From positions 57,970 through 121,969 of the forward strand of contig CALCLY010000025.1 of NCBI GenBank assembly GCA_937966555.1: 64,000 bases of DNA. Direction: 5' to 3'. The stretch is from an uncultured Clostridia bacterium. GTDB taxonomy: Bacteria; Bacillota; Clostridia; UMGS1883; UMGS1540. The translations under genes were made by a program, and so were the position numbers. The notes beneath the pieces are model-generated. The model was not told the origin of the DNA, did no database searches, and saw nothing but the letters and a program-made list of their open reading frames with translations. Positions 1 through 9,081 of the stretch are shown piece by piece; the first letter of the stretch is position 1, and each line of letters begins with the position of its first letter.

Positions 1-695
1 TCGGGCTTATCGGTTTTGCGGATGACTATATCAAAATCGCAAAGAAAAGGAATCTGGGTCTTACGGCAAAGCAAAAAATGGCTGCGCAGATTCTTGTTGC
101 CGCAGCGTTTGCGCTTTTCATGATGCAGGCGGGGAAAAATGCTCTTCTGCACATTCCCTTTACGGATATTGACATAGATCTCGGCTATTGGTTTATCCCT
201 GTTTCGATTTTTGTGACGGTCGGAATGGTAAATTCCGTAAATCTTACGGACGGTCTTGACGGACTTGCTTCTTTTATAAGCACGGTTGTATCGATATTTT
301 TTGCCGTTGCGGCAAAAAAGTACGGTTTTTCGTCAATTGCGGTTGTCTGCTCGGCGCTTGCCGGCGGACTTGTCGGTTTTCTTATATATAACATATACCC
401 CGCAAAAGTTTTTATGGGTGACACGGGAAGCCTTTTTATAGGAGGTCTTCTTTCGGCGGCTGCGGTATATATGGGACTCGATATCGTGTTCTTTATTGCA
501 GGGGGTATATTTGTCTGCGAAACGCTTTCGGTAATTTTGCAGGTGACGTCATATAAACTTACGGGTAAAAGAATTTTTAAAATGAGCCCGATTCACCATC
601 ATTTTGAAATGCTTGGATTTTCGGAAACAAAAATTGTGGCGCTATTTACATTTGTTACAATACTTTTGTGTGTTGCGGCATATTTTGCGCTTTAA
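1..695 (+). CDS. mraY: Phospho-N-acetylmuramoyl-pentapeptide transferase MraY, 5' end truncated by window (reading frame starts at nt 3)
   Basis: The in-frame translation from nt 3 reads GLIGFADDYIKIAKKRNLGLTAKQK, then runs continuously into the 205 aa ORF ending at 695. Membrane-protein composition and position at the head of the dcw cluster upstream of ftsW/murG support the call. Confidence 0.85.
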   Translation, partial: GLIGFADDYIKIAKKRNLGLTAKQKMAAQILVAAAFALFMMQAGKNALLHIPFTDIDIDLGYWFIPVSIFVTVGMVNSVNLTDGLDGLASFISTVVSIFFAVAAKKYGFSSIAVVCSALAGGLVGFLIYNIYPAKVFMGDTGSLFIGGLLSAAAVYMGLDIVFFIAGGIFVCETLSVILQVTSYKLTGKRIFKMSPIHHHFEMLGFSETKIVALFTFVTILLCVAAYFAL

Positions 696-754
696 GTTTT
701 TCGCATACCCGCGGCGGAAACTGAAAATTACGGCGGGAGGAAAGGCTGTAAAAA

Positions 755-1906
755 ATGGCAAGAAAACGCAGAACAAAAACTGCAGGGGGCGGAATCGACA
801 TATCGCTTTTCATCACACTTATGATAATGCTTGCCTTCGGACTTATAATGGTGTTCAGCGCATCTGCTCCTTCGGCATTTTATGAAGAGGGAAATCAGCT
901 TTATTACATAAAAAAGCAGCTTGTCTGGACGGCTATAGGTCTCGTGGCTATGTTTTTAATATCAAATGTAAATTACAAAATTGTTAAGAAATATGCGGGA
1001 CTTTTCTGTGCCGCGGCATTTGTTTTAATGGTGCTCGTTATCCTCATGGGTGTTACGGGCGGCGGAGCACAGAGATGGATAAAAATTGGAGGAGTAACGC
1101 TTCAGCCGTCGGAAATTGCAAAATTTGCACTTATTCTGCTTTTTGCAAAAAAACTTTCCGAACAGCCGCAAAAACGCCTGAGACATTTTTCGGGAGGACT
1201 TACACCGTATCTTTTTTTAATAGCGGTTTTCTGCGGAGCGATGGTTTTGCAGGATCACCTGAGCGCCGCTATAATTACCGCGGCAACGCTTATTGTTATG
1301 CTTGCGGTTGCCGGTGCGGATTTAAAACAGCTTTTTGTGCTGATGATAGTTGGTGTTGCAATCGCAATTCCGCTTGTATTTTTTGAAGGTTACCGCGCAA
1401 ACAGAATCAAAGCGTATCTCGATCCTTTTGCTTATAAGGACAGCATAGGCTGGCAGATTGTTGAGGGTCTTTATGCCATAGGCTCCGGAGGTATTTTCGG
1501 AAGAGGACTCGGGCAGAGCAGACAGAAGTTTCTGTATGTTCCGGAGGCACATAATGACTATATTTATGCGATACTCTGTGAAGAACTCGGGCTTATGGGC
1601 GCAATAATAGTGATGGTGCTGTTTGCGGTTTTCATAACAAGATGTATAAAAATTGCACTTGCGGCTCCGGATAAATTTTCAAGTCTTTCGGTATTCGGCA
1701 TCACAACGCTTATAGGGTTTCAGTACATAATAAACATAGGAGTTGTAACGGGAGTTATCCCGAATACAGGTATGCAGCTGCCGTTTTTCAGCGCCGGAGG
1801 CTCGTCGCTTGTATTTATGCTTGCGGCTATGGGATTTGTGTTTAATGTATCGCGTTATGTAAAGAAGGAAGAAGAAATTCCGAAAGGAGAACTGAACGCT
1901 TTATGA
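755..1906 (+). CDS. ftsW: SEDS-family peptidoglycan glycosyltransferase FtsW/SpoVE
   Basis: 383 aa polytopic membrane protein with FtsW/RodA-type motifs (GGAQRWIKIGGVTLQPSE; NTGMQLPFFSAGGSS). RBS GGGAGGAAAGG upstream of the ATG. Located between mraY and murG. Confidence 0.85.
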   Translation: MARKRRTKTAGGGIDISLFITLMIMLAFGLIMVFSASAPSAFYEEGNQLYYIKKQLVWTAIGLVAMFLISNVNYKIVKKYAGLFCAAAFVLMVLVILMGVTGGGAQRWIKIGGVTLQPSEIAKFALILLFAKKLSEQPQKRLRHFSGGLTPYLFLIAVFCGAMVLQDHLSAAIITAATLIVMLAVAGADLKQLFVLMIVGVAIAIPLVFFEGYRANRIKAYLDPFAYKDSIGWQIVEGLYAIGSGGIFGRGLGQSRQKFLYVPEAHNDYIYAILCEELGLMGAIIVMVLFAVFITRCIKIALAAPDKFSSLSVFGITTLIGFQYIINIGVVTGVIPNTGMQLPFFSAGGSSLVFMLAAMGFVFNVSRYVKKEEEIPKGELNAL

Positions 1907-2979
1907 GGGCAATAATCAGCGGCGGAGGAACTGCGGGTCATATAAATCCTGCAATCGCCATTGCAGGAAAAATAAAGAAAACAGACAGAAAATCCGAAAT
2001 CCTGTTTGTCGGAACCGAACACGGGCTTGAAAAAAAGCTTGTTCCGAAAGCAGGGTATAAAATAAAATATATAGATGTGCGCGGACTTAAGAGAAGGCTG
2101 ACGGCGGAGAATATTAAAATACTCGGCATGGCATTTCGCGCGTACAAAGATTCTTTGAAAATCATTGACGAGTTTAAACCCGATATCGTTATAGGAACAG
2201 GGGGGTATGTCTGTGCTCCCGTGCTTTATGCTGCGTGCAGAAGAAAAATTCCGACGCTGCTGCATGAGCAGAATGTTCCGCCGGGACTTGCTGTAAAGCT
2301 TATGGCACCGCGAGTTGATGTTACCGCGATAAGTTTTGAGGAAACACGCGGACTTTTGAAAAAAGCAAAACGCATTGAACTGTGCGGAAATCCAATACGT
2401 GACGGTATATTGAAAATCAAACCGCAAAAAACGGAAAGACCTCAGGTTATGGTAAGCGGAGGAAGTTTGGGCGCCGGAAAAATAAACGAAGCGCTTCTGG
2501 AGCTTTTAACGCTTGACGGGCAGGATTATTATGATATATGCGCCGCAACGGGCGAAAGATATTACGACGATTTTATGCGTGAGCTTTCAAAACGTGCCGT
2601 AAGCCTTGACAAGCATAAAAAGATAGTGCCGTATATACATAATATGGACGAGGTGCTTGCGTCTTCAGCTCTTGCGGTGACGCGTGCCGGTGCAATAACC
2701 GTAAGCGAGCTTTGCGCCATAGGAAAACCGGCAATTTTAATTCCGAGCCCGAATGTGGCACACGACCATCAGCGCACAAATGCGCGCTTTATGGAGAAAA
2801 ACGGTGCGGCGGTTGTAATAGAAGAAAAAGATTTGAGCGGAGTGCGGCTTGCGGAAGTTATAGATGATTTGCTGCATGACAAAGAGAGGCTCCGCAAAAT
2901 GAGCGTCAGCGGCAGTGAAATCGGAATACGCAATGCAACCGACTCCATATACGCGCTCATAGAAGAACTGCTGGCGTAA
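1903..2979 (+). CDS. murG: Undecaprenyl-PP-MurNAc-pentapeptide-UDPGlcNAc GlcNAc transferase MurG
   Basis: N-terminal GGGTAGHINPAIAIA glycine-rich motif. 358 aa. ATGA start overlaps the ftsW stop. Confidence 0.9.
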   Translation: MRAIISGGGTAGHINPAIAIAGKIKKTDRKSEILFVGTEHGLEKKLVPKAGYKIKYIDVRGLKRRLTAENIKILGMAFRAYKDSLKIIDEFKPDIVIGTGGYVCAPVLYAACRRKIPTLLHEQNVPPGLAVKLMAPRVDVTAISFEETRGLLKKAKRIELCGNPIRDGILKIKPQKTERPQVMVSGGSLGAGKINEALLELLTLDGQDYYDICAATGERYYDDFMRELSKRAVSLDKHKKIVPYIHNMDEVLASSALAVTRAGAITVSELCAIGKPAILIPSPNVAHDHQRTNARFMEKNGAAVVIEEKDLSGVRLAEVIDDLLHDKERLRKMSVSGSEIGIRNATDSIYALIEELLA

Positions 2980-3002
2980 CAACAAGACAAAAGCTGCATA
3001 TA

Positions 3003-4280
3003 TTGGTTGGTGGAGGTGTAAATGTGTGCAGGCTTAAAATAAACGGAGGCAGAAAACTATCGGGCAGTATTGCCGTACAGGGAGCTAAAAATTCCGTGTT
3101 GCCGATTCTCGCCGCAACGGTGCTGTGTGACGGTGTAAGCGTTATTCACGGCTGCCCGGCGCTTCTTGATGTGGATTCGGCGGCAGAAATATTAAAATAT
3201 ACGGGCTGCAAGGTGAAAAGAGAAGGAAATACCGTAACTGTGGACGCTTCAAACGTTTTGCCGTGCGAATTTCCTGCATCGCTTATGCATAGAATGCGCT
3301 CGTCAATCACATTTTTGGGTGCGCTTACGGCGCGCTGCAAAAGAATTAAAATGAGCTCCCCCGGAGGATGTGAGCTGGGTCCGAGACCTATCGACTTACA
3401 TATAAAAGGGCTCCGGGAGCTTAATATAAAAACCGAGGAATACGGAGGATTTATCGAAACCGCGGCAGACGATATTCTCGGAAATGATATACATCTCGAT
3501 TTTCCAAGCGTCGGCGCAACCGAAAATATTATGCTTGCTGCCGTGCTTGCAAAAGGAAAAACGACAATAAACAATGCCGCAAAAGAGCCCGAAATATGGG
3601 ATTTGCAGTGCTTTTTAAAAAAGATGGGCGCGAAAATCTCGGGTGCCGGCACGGACAGAATAGAAATTGAAGGCGTAAAAAAACTGGGCGGCGCCGAACA
3701 CACCGTAATTCCGGACAGAATTGTGGCTTCAACATATCTTTGTGCCGCGGCAATGTGCGGCGGAAAGATAGAACTCCGAAATATTGAACCGCTTCACATA
3801 AACTCTGTTTTATCCGTTTTGAAACAGACGGGAACGCCGGTAACCGTAAACGGAAAATCCGTGTTGCTTGAATCTCCTGAACGGCTTTCCTGCGTTGATA
3901 TGATACGCACCATGCCTTATCCCGGTTTTCCCACAGACGCGCAGGCGGCAGCTTCTGTCATGCTTTCCGTTGCGGACGGCACGAGCGTTATTCTGGAAAA
4001 TATATTTGAAAACAGATTTAAGCATTTGGGTGAGCTCGGCAAAATGGGAGCCGATATAAAAATGAGCGGCAAAGTTGCGGTTATACGCGGTGTAAAAGAA
4101 CTTTACGGAGCAAGTGTAAGCGCCATGGAGCTTCGCGGCGGAGCGGCGCTTGTATGTGCCGGATGCCGTGCACACGGAGAAACACAGGTGCTTGACATAG
4201 AGCATATTGAGAGAGGTTATGCCGATATTGCGGCGGATTTGTCCGCTCTCGGCGCAGATATTTGCAGAATCGGACAATAA
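3003..4280 (+). CDS. murA: UDP-N-acetylglucosamine 1-carboxyvinyltransferase MurA; true start probably GTG at 3024 (GGAGG at 3012-3016)
   Basis: LKINGGRKLSGSIAVQGAKNSVLPILAATVL N-terminus is typical of MurA, and the ~420 aa length fits. The listed ORF start is TTG; an in-frame GTG follows 21 nt later with a well-spaced RBS. Confidence 0.85.
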   Translation: MVGGGVNVCRLKINGGRKLSGSIAVQGAKNSVLPILAATVLCDGVSVIHGCPALLDVDSAAEILKYTGCKVKREGNTVTVDASNVLPCEFPASLMHRMRSSITFLGALTARCKRIKMSSPGGCELGPRPIDLHIKGLRELNIKTEEYGGFIETAADDILGNDIHLDFPSVGATENIMLAAVLAKGKTTINNAAKEPEIWDLQCFLKKMGAKISGAGTDRIEIEGVKKLGGAEHTVIPDRIVASTYLCAAAMCGGKIELRNIEPLHINSVLSVLKQTGTPVTVNGKSVLLESPERLSCVDMIRTMPYPGFPTDAQAAASVMLSVADGTSVILENIFENRFKHLGELGKMGADIKMSGKVAVIRGVKELYGASVSAMELRGGAALVCAGCRAHGETQVLDIEHIERGYADIAADLSALGADICRIGQ

Positions 4281-4294
4281 GATATTTATAAATT

Positions 4295-4342
4295 GCCCGC
4301 GCAGGGGGAATCGCAGAAAAAACAATGCGCGGGCGGTTTATG
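4295..4342 (+). terminator. Weak hairpin after murA (GCCCGCGCA...TGCGCGGGC followed by GGTTTATGG); partial terminator or attenuator
   Basis: 9 bp GC-rich inverted repeat seen directly in the sequence. The downstream U-tract is poor. Confidence 0.3.
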
Positions 4343-4371
4343 GATTGTGATATAGAAAAAAGGAGGTCAGT

Positions 4372-5100
4372 ATGGCACGGCGCAGAAAGAAAAAAAGAAA
4401 AATAAATTTAAAAGTTCTTATAGCTTTAATAATAATCATCGGCGTGACGACCGGATTGCTGACGGCTCCGATATTTAATATTTCAAAAATATCAGTAAGC
4501 GGCATTGAGCGCCTTACTGAGGAACAGGTGATAAGTGTTTCGGGAATAGGACTCGGCAAAAACATTTTCAGGACAAGCATAGGCAGGGCAAGAAAGAAAA
4601 TAATGTCTCAGCCGATGGTTGAAAATGTGAAGATATTAAGAAAATTTCCGGCGCGTATAGAAATATCGGTTGAGGAAAGAAAGCTTTTTGCATACGTGCC
4701 GTTCGGAGATGTTTATTACGGAATAGACAAAAACTGTACTGTGATTGAAACTGTTACTGAATGCGCGGAAGACAGCCCGAAGCTTACGGGGCTTTATACT
4801 CTTGAAGCGCCCGAAGGCGGCGAAATAAAATTTCAAAACGACGGCGAAACCGAGCTTGTCAAAAAAATTGCGGGGGCGCTTTACGAAAACGGTATGGGAG
4901 ACGTGATTTCCGAGCTCAATCTTCAGAATACGGTAAACATTATGCTGGTTACAAAATCGGGTCTGATTGTACAGCTTGCGGATGACAGCGAGCTTGACTA
5001 CAAAATTAAGCTGATGAAAAATATAATGGACCGCGGCTATACGTGGGGAGTTTTTGACGTAAGCAACCCTGCCGTTCCCACATATAGGAAGAATATGTAG
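4372..5100 (+). CDS. ftsQ: Cell division protein FtsQ/DivIB-like (POTRA domain)
   Basis: Basic cytoplasmic N-terminus (MARRRKKKRK), a single TM helix, then an extracellular ~200 aa POTRA-like region. RBS AAAGGAGG. Sits immediately upstream of ftsZ. Confidence 0.7.
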   Translation: MARRRKKKRKINLKVLIALIIIIGVTTGLLTAPIFNISKISVSGIERLTEEQVISVSGIGLGKNIFRTSIGRARKKIMSQPMVENVKILRKFPARIEISVEERKLFAYVPFGDVYYGIDKNCTVIETVTECAEDSPKLTGLYTLEAPEGGEIKFQNDGETELVKKIAGALYENGMGDVISELNLQNTVNIMLVTKSGLIVQLADDSELDYKIKLMKNIMDRGYTWGVFDVSNPAVPTYRKNM

Positions 5101-5171
5101 GTATTTTATGCAGATTTTAGGAGGTAATTGTAAATTTTTTTAAAAAAAATTAAAAAATTTGCACTTTTCTC

Positions 5172-5200
5172 TTGAAAAAAATCCTAAAAGGATATACAAT
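5172..5200 (+). promoter_or_regulatory. Sigma-A type promoter upstream of ftsZ (TTGAAA - 17 bp - TACAAT; a second TATAAT at 5203-5208)
   Basis: Hexamers and spacing read directly in the AT-rich ftsQ-ftsZ gap. Confidence 0.5.
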
Positions 5201-5239
5201 ATATAATAAGTAATCGAAAATGACGAAGGAGGAGTAAAG

Positions 5240-6301
5240 GTGGCAAACGAATATGCAAATTATATTCAGGTAATAAAGGTCATCGGTGTAGGCGGCGGCG
5301 GTTCAAATGCTGTTAACAGAATGGTAGACGCACAGGTAGAAGGCGTTGAATTTGTTGTTGTTAATACGGACAAGCAGGCTTTGGAGCTTTCCAAGGCAAA
5401 AACAAAAATTCAGATAGGCGAAAAAATCACAAGGGGTATGGGCGCAGGAGCAAATCCCGAGGTTGGAAGAAAAGCTGCGGAAGAAAGCCGCGGCGAAATA
5501 GAAAAAGCTGTTAAGGATGCCAATATGGTTTTCGTAACGGCAGGCATGGGCGGCGGTACAGGTACCGGCGCGGCTCCCGTTGTTGCTGATATTGCAAAAC
5601 AGATGGGAATACTTACAGTAGGTATAGTAACAAAGCCGTTTGCTTTTGAGGGCAGACGCCGTATGACACAGGCGGAATCCGGTATATCCGCACTTACGGA
5701 GTGTGTTGATACAATAATCGTAATCCCCAATGACAGACTTCTTACAATAAGCAGTGCAAAAACACTCTTTACGGAAGCATTTAAAATGGCGGACGAAAGT
5801 CTTCGCCAGGGTGTTCAGGGTGTATCCGACCTGATTTACAGACCGGGCACAATAAACGTTGACTTTGCAGACGTTACGTCCATCATGAAAGACGCCGGTC
5901 TTGCTCATATGGGCATAGGCCGTGCGAAGGGTGACAACAGAGCTGAAGAGGCTGCAAGAATAGCAATCGAAAGCCCGCTTCTTGAAACATCTATAGACGG
6001 TGCTACGGGTGTTCTTATAAACATTACGGGCGGCCCCGATCTGACGCTGTTTGAAATAAACTCCGCAACAACTCTTATACAAAACTGTGCGGACGCGAAT
6101 GCAAACATCATATTCGGTACGGCTATTGACAACAAGATGGAAGATGAAATTTCCGTAACTGTTATTGCAACGGGTTTCCCGAGCGGCAATAAGCAGAAGG
6201 ATATTGATGTTGATACAAACATGATAAATAAAAACTCAAACTTTAATGATGAGGATTTAACCCTTCCCGGTTTCCTCAAAAAATCAAGTTTTGATTTTTA
6301 A
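5240..6301 (+). CDS. ftsZ: Cell division GTPase FtsZ (GTG start)
   Basis: Tubulin signature GGGTGTG plus the [14 protein letters not shown]-terminus. RBS GAAGGAGG 6 nt upstream of the GTG. Confidence 0.95.
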   Translation: MANEYANYIQVIKVIGVGGGGSNAVNRMVDAQVEGVEFVVVNTDKQALELSKAKTKIQIGEKITRGMGAGANPEVGRKAAEESRGEIEKAVKDANMVFVTAGMGGGTGTGAAPVVADIAKQMGILTVGIVTKPFAFEGRRRMTQAESGISALTECVDTIIVIPNDRLLTISSAKTLFTEAFKMADESLRQGVQGVSDLIYRPGTINVDFADVTSIMKDAGLAHMGIGRAKGDNRAEEAARIAIESPLLETSIDGATGVLINITGGPDLTLFEINSATTLIQNCADANANIIFGTAIDNKMEDEISVTVIATGFPSGNKQKDIDVDTNMINKNSNFNDEDLTLPGFLKKSSFDF

Positions 6302-6320
6302 TTTTAAAGCATTGTCACGT

Positions 6321-6350
6321 GCGGCTTCGGAAAGAAGCCGCATTTTTTAT
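6321..6350 (+). terminator. Rho-independent terminator after ftsZ (GCGGCTTC-ggaaa-GAAGCCGC + TTTTTTAT)
   Basis: Perfect 8 bp GC-rich stem with a U-tract. It also lies at the 3' end of the convergent small minus-strand ORF. Confidence 0.8.
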
Positions 6351-6508
6351 CTTCTGCGGCATTTTCCGCGTTTTCTGAAGATGCTTGAAAACCGTTTGTG
6401 AATCTCGCAGCCGGTGTCAGCTGCTTTTTTTGCGGCTCTTTTAAGAGCAAGCATTTCAAGGTACGCTTCAACCTCGCAAAGATAATCGCTGTATCTGTTT
6501 TTTTTCAT
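6347..6508 (-). CDS. Possible small basic protein (53 aa, MKKNRYSDYLCEVEAYLEMLALKRAAKKAADTGCEIHKRFSSIFRKRGKCRRR)
   Basis: Not in the supplied ORF track because it is under 60 aa. The ATG is preceded by GGAGAG at a 6 nt spacing. It is convergent with ftsZ and ends in the shared terminator hairpin. Confidence 0.3.
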   Translation of the reverse strand: MKKNRYSDYLCEVEAYLEMLALKRAAKKAADTGCEIHKRFSSIFRKRGKCRRR

Positions 6509-6629
6509 ATTAATCTCTCCGATCAGTTATATTCTATGTGAAAATATCCCGATTGATGATAATATGCTTTTCTTGACTTTTTAAGCGTAATATGATAAAA
6601 TGACTTTAAAATAACAAAGGAGAACAGCC

Positions 6630-7604
6630 ATGAAAAAGAGAATTATTGCTTTTTTTTCGGTTCTTATGATTTTTTGTGCGGCAGTTCCTGTAAATGCGGC
6701 GTCTTTATGCCCTATAAACTACAGCTGCTTTATTACGCATGACGATGAGGGAGTACCGAGTATTCATTTCAGGTTTGTAAACACGTCTGAAAAAAAGATA
6801 GTCCGCGCGGACTACCGCGGCAACCTGCTGGACAGATCGTTTGCGCCCGCTAACGACAGAACGGGCAAAACATCTTCGTTTTATATAAGAATAACAAATT
6901 TAAGTGTTGAAGGAAATGCGGCAGAGCAAAGCGAAACCGTAACGTCGCTTTCAACATATCCGAGTGCCGCACATGTTGAAAAAGTAACTTATTTGAAAAT
7001 TGTTTTTGATGACGGAACATCATGGGAGGGAAGCGCTTCGCCCGAGGCACATGCAAAGCTTCTGTGCCGCGATGCTATAAAAGACGGAAGATATGCATCC
7101 GAAGACGGTACATTGCATTTTGCGGACGCTTCAAACGGTTCGCAGATGCGCGAATGGTTTTATTGGGATGACGGAAGCATGGAATGGAAGCTTTTTTCCA
7201 CTGATTTGTGCCCGTTATTTAAAACTTCTCTGGCGGAAAACTGTATAAAACTTCAGATAAACGGCGATCCGATGAACTATGACATTATGAGCGTATCGGC
7301 ATCTGTTCCGCGCATTGCCGCAACGCTTTATAACAGCGGAGAAACGCTTTACTCCGACAGCGGCATAATGTCTTTTAAACCTGCGGAGCTCGGTGCGCCT
7401 TACAAAATTGCTCTTTGGGATTTCAATGAAGGAAAATCATCGCGGAAATGGTTTTTGTGGAGCGATGAGCAGGGCGGCTGGCAGTTTGTTTCATCTGAAC
7501 GGGGACCGATGCTTGACATGATTTCAAAAGCCCCCATATGCCTGAAAGTGGAATATGAGGGCAATCATCAGGATTATCTTGTATATAACATATATATGCA
7601 GTGA
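6630..7604 (+). CDS. Secreted hypothetical protein with cleavable signal peptide and two W-rich repeats (REWFYWDDGSMEWKLFSTD / RKWFLWSDEQGGWQFVSSE)
   Basis: N-terminal MKKRIIAFFSVLMIFCAAVPVNA signal peptide. RBS AAGGAGAA. The internal repeat was seen directly in the translation. Confidence 0.6.
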   Translation: MKKRIIAFFSVLMIFCAAVPVNAASLCPINYSCFITHDDEGVPSIHFRFVNTSEKKIVRADYRGNLLDRSFAPANDRTGKTSSFYIRITNLSVEGNAAEQSETVTSLSTYPSAAHVEKVTYLKIVFDDGTSWEGSASPEAHAKLLCRDAIKDGRYASEDGTLHFADASNGSQMREWFYWDDGSMEWKLFSTDLCPLFKTSLAENCIKLQINGDPMNYDIMSVSASVPRIAATLYNSGETLYSDSGIMSFKPAELGAPYKIALWDFNEGKSSRKWFLWSDEQGGWQFVSSERGPMLDMISKAPICLKVEYEGNHQDYLVYNIYMQ

Positions 7605-7606
7605 AA

Positions 7607-7918
7607 TCAGTTTCGGAAAGGCAATGCCGCAATCATGCCGAAAAGTGAAACGGCAAGCAGAACGGATACATAAATCCATGCTGTGGAGTTATAAAAAATA
7701 AAAAGTGTTACGGTGTACAAAGCAGGGCTTCCGAGCGCATAAAGCGGGCGGAAGCCGTTTTTGTATCCGTATATAAAAGATGTAACAAGACATATAAGAG
7801 GCATAATTATAAGCATAATAAGTATTGCGCTTCCCGTGTCTCTTATAAAAATGGGGAGCACACATATGTTTACTATCATTATAATGTAAAAAACAAGATT
7901 ATTCTTCAGTCTGCTCAT
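7607..7918 (-). CDS. Small integral membrane protein (3 predicted TM helices), co-transcribed with the TetR regulator
   Basis: 103 aa hydrophobic ORF overlapping the 3' end of the TetR gene by 20 nt. Confidence 0.5.
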   Translation of the reverse strand: MSRLKNNLVFYIIMIVNICVLPIFIRDTGSAILIMLIIMPLICLVTSFIYGYKNGFRPLYALGSPALYTVTLFIFYNSTAWIYVSVLLAVSLFGMIAALPFRN

Positions 7919-8513
7919 CGGAAGTTTTCTCCCTGATTCTTTTATTTTTATATTTTTTCATAAACATCAAAACCGTTTCCTTGAGTATTTTTATCTGCGA
8001 GAGCATATAATACTCATCTTCAAAAAGAGCATAATGCACGGAGGCACGCACAAACATAAAGATAAGCGGCGCGATAACATCGTAAGGCAGACCGATTTTT
8101 GGCTCGAGCTGATGAGCATATTCGGTGTATCTGCGGCTTACGCCGTCAAAGAATTTTTTGCCGTATTCAATGTATTTCGGATGAGTGTATACCTGATACA
8201 TAAGGCGGTATTTCTTTCCGTGTTTTTCTGCTGTCCAGTAAGGAATTTCTGATAGAAATCTCATGACGTCTTCGGGATTTTCCGGAGCCAGCGCCATAAA
8301 ATCATCTTCAACTTTTGTCATGCAATATTCTGTGGATTCAATTATTAAATCGTCCAGATTTTTAAAATAAGCATATAGGTTTCCCGGCGTCATGGAGCAG
8401 GCTTTGCCCAGGGCTTTTATACCTGTGTTTCGGAGACCGAGTTCGGCATAGCATTCGAAGCACTTTTCCATTATTTCTTTTTTCTTTTCTTCTTTGTATT
8501 CTACAGAACGCAC
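7899..8513 (-). CDS. TetR/AcrR family transcriptional regulator (GTG start)
   Basis: N-terminal HTH typical of the TetR family (EKCFECYAELGLRNTGIKALGKACSMTPGNLYAYFKNLDDLI). ~200 aa. RBS GGAAAGGA upstream. Confidence 0.75.
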   Translation of the reverse strand: MRSVEYKEEKKKEIMEKCFECYAELGLRNTGIKALGKACSMTPGNLYAYFKNLDDLIIESTEYCMTKVEDDFMALAPENPEDVMRFLSEIPYWTAEKHGKKYRLMYQVYTHPKYIEYGKKFFDGVSRRYTEYAHQLEPKIGLPYDVIAPLIFMFVRASVHYALFEDEYYMLSQIKILKETVLMFMKKYKNKRIREKTSDEQTEE

Positions 8514-8544
8514 TTTGATAATTCCTTTCCTATATAATAATGAA

Positions 8545-8573
8545 GATATTCTTTTTCATTTGAATATATACTA
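8545..8573 (-). promoter_or_regulatory. Candidate promoter for the TetR gene (minus strand reads TTGACT - 17 - TAGTAT with TG at -15/-14)
   Basis: Read from the reverse complement of 8540-8580. Confidence 0.35.
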
Positions 8574-9030
8574 TCATATTTTGCTTCAAAAGTCAATGAA
8601 TTGTTTGCGCTTACAGAGTTTCTTTGAGAAAAAACGGGTTGTTTTTTCTCTGTTTTTAAATTAAAACAGAGCTGTTTTGTAACAAATTTGATAAAAAATT
8701 TGAATTTGACACCGCAAGATGTTGTGTTTGATTTTTTGAGATATTAGCAGATGTAGTATGTCAATGCGTCGAAAAAAGTCCGATTTTACGGCATTTTGAG
8801 TGTTTTTTGAGATGTTTGTAAATAAGCTTTTTTGAAAAAACCGGGCAAAAAAACTTAAAAAAAACCGATTTTTTGAAAAAAAATTTAAAAAATTTTTTAA
8901 TATTTTTTTAAAACTTTTAACACAATTCAAACCCTTGCGGCAAAAGGGTTACAGAGATTTTTTTAAAAAAAATTCCTTAGGATTTGCAGCCTAAAAATGG
9001 AAAATCAAAATAAAAATTACAAAAAAAGGT

Positions 9031-9059
9031 TTGACAAATTTGAATTTTTGCGTTAAAAT
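9031..9059 (+). promoter_or_regulatory. Sigma-A promoter for the 3D-domain gene (TTGACA - 17 bp - TAAAAT)
   Basis: Consensus -35 with a good -10, ~25 nt upstream of the RBS AAAGGAG. Confidence 0.55.
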
Positions 9060-9081
9060 ATCTGCTCAAAGGAGTGATTCA

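Noticed and set aside
5303-6082. 259 aa minus-strand ORF antisense to ftsZ. The 24130-25254, 41465-42607 and 61457-62068 antisense ORFs belong to the same class
   Set aside because: Fully contained within strongly supported sense-strand genes. Cys/Arg-rich low-information translations are typical of antisense frames. No independent evidence.
8661-8930. 89 aa minus-strand ORF in the AT-rich TetR/3D-gene intergenic region
   Set aside because: Low-complexity, K/F/N-rich translation typical of reading through A/T tracts. No RBS or family resemblance. Treated as non-coding.
8930-9081. Possible c-di-AMP (ydaO-type) riboswitch upstream of the 3D-domain cell-wall gene, as seen in some Firmicutes
   Set aside because: The predicted promoter (9031-9059) leaves only a ~20 nt leader. 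I could not find the conserved riboswitch elements in the upstream AT-rich DNA.
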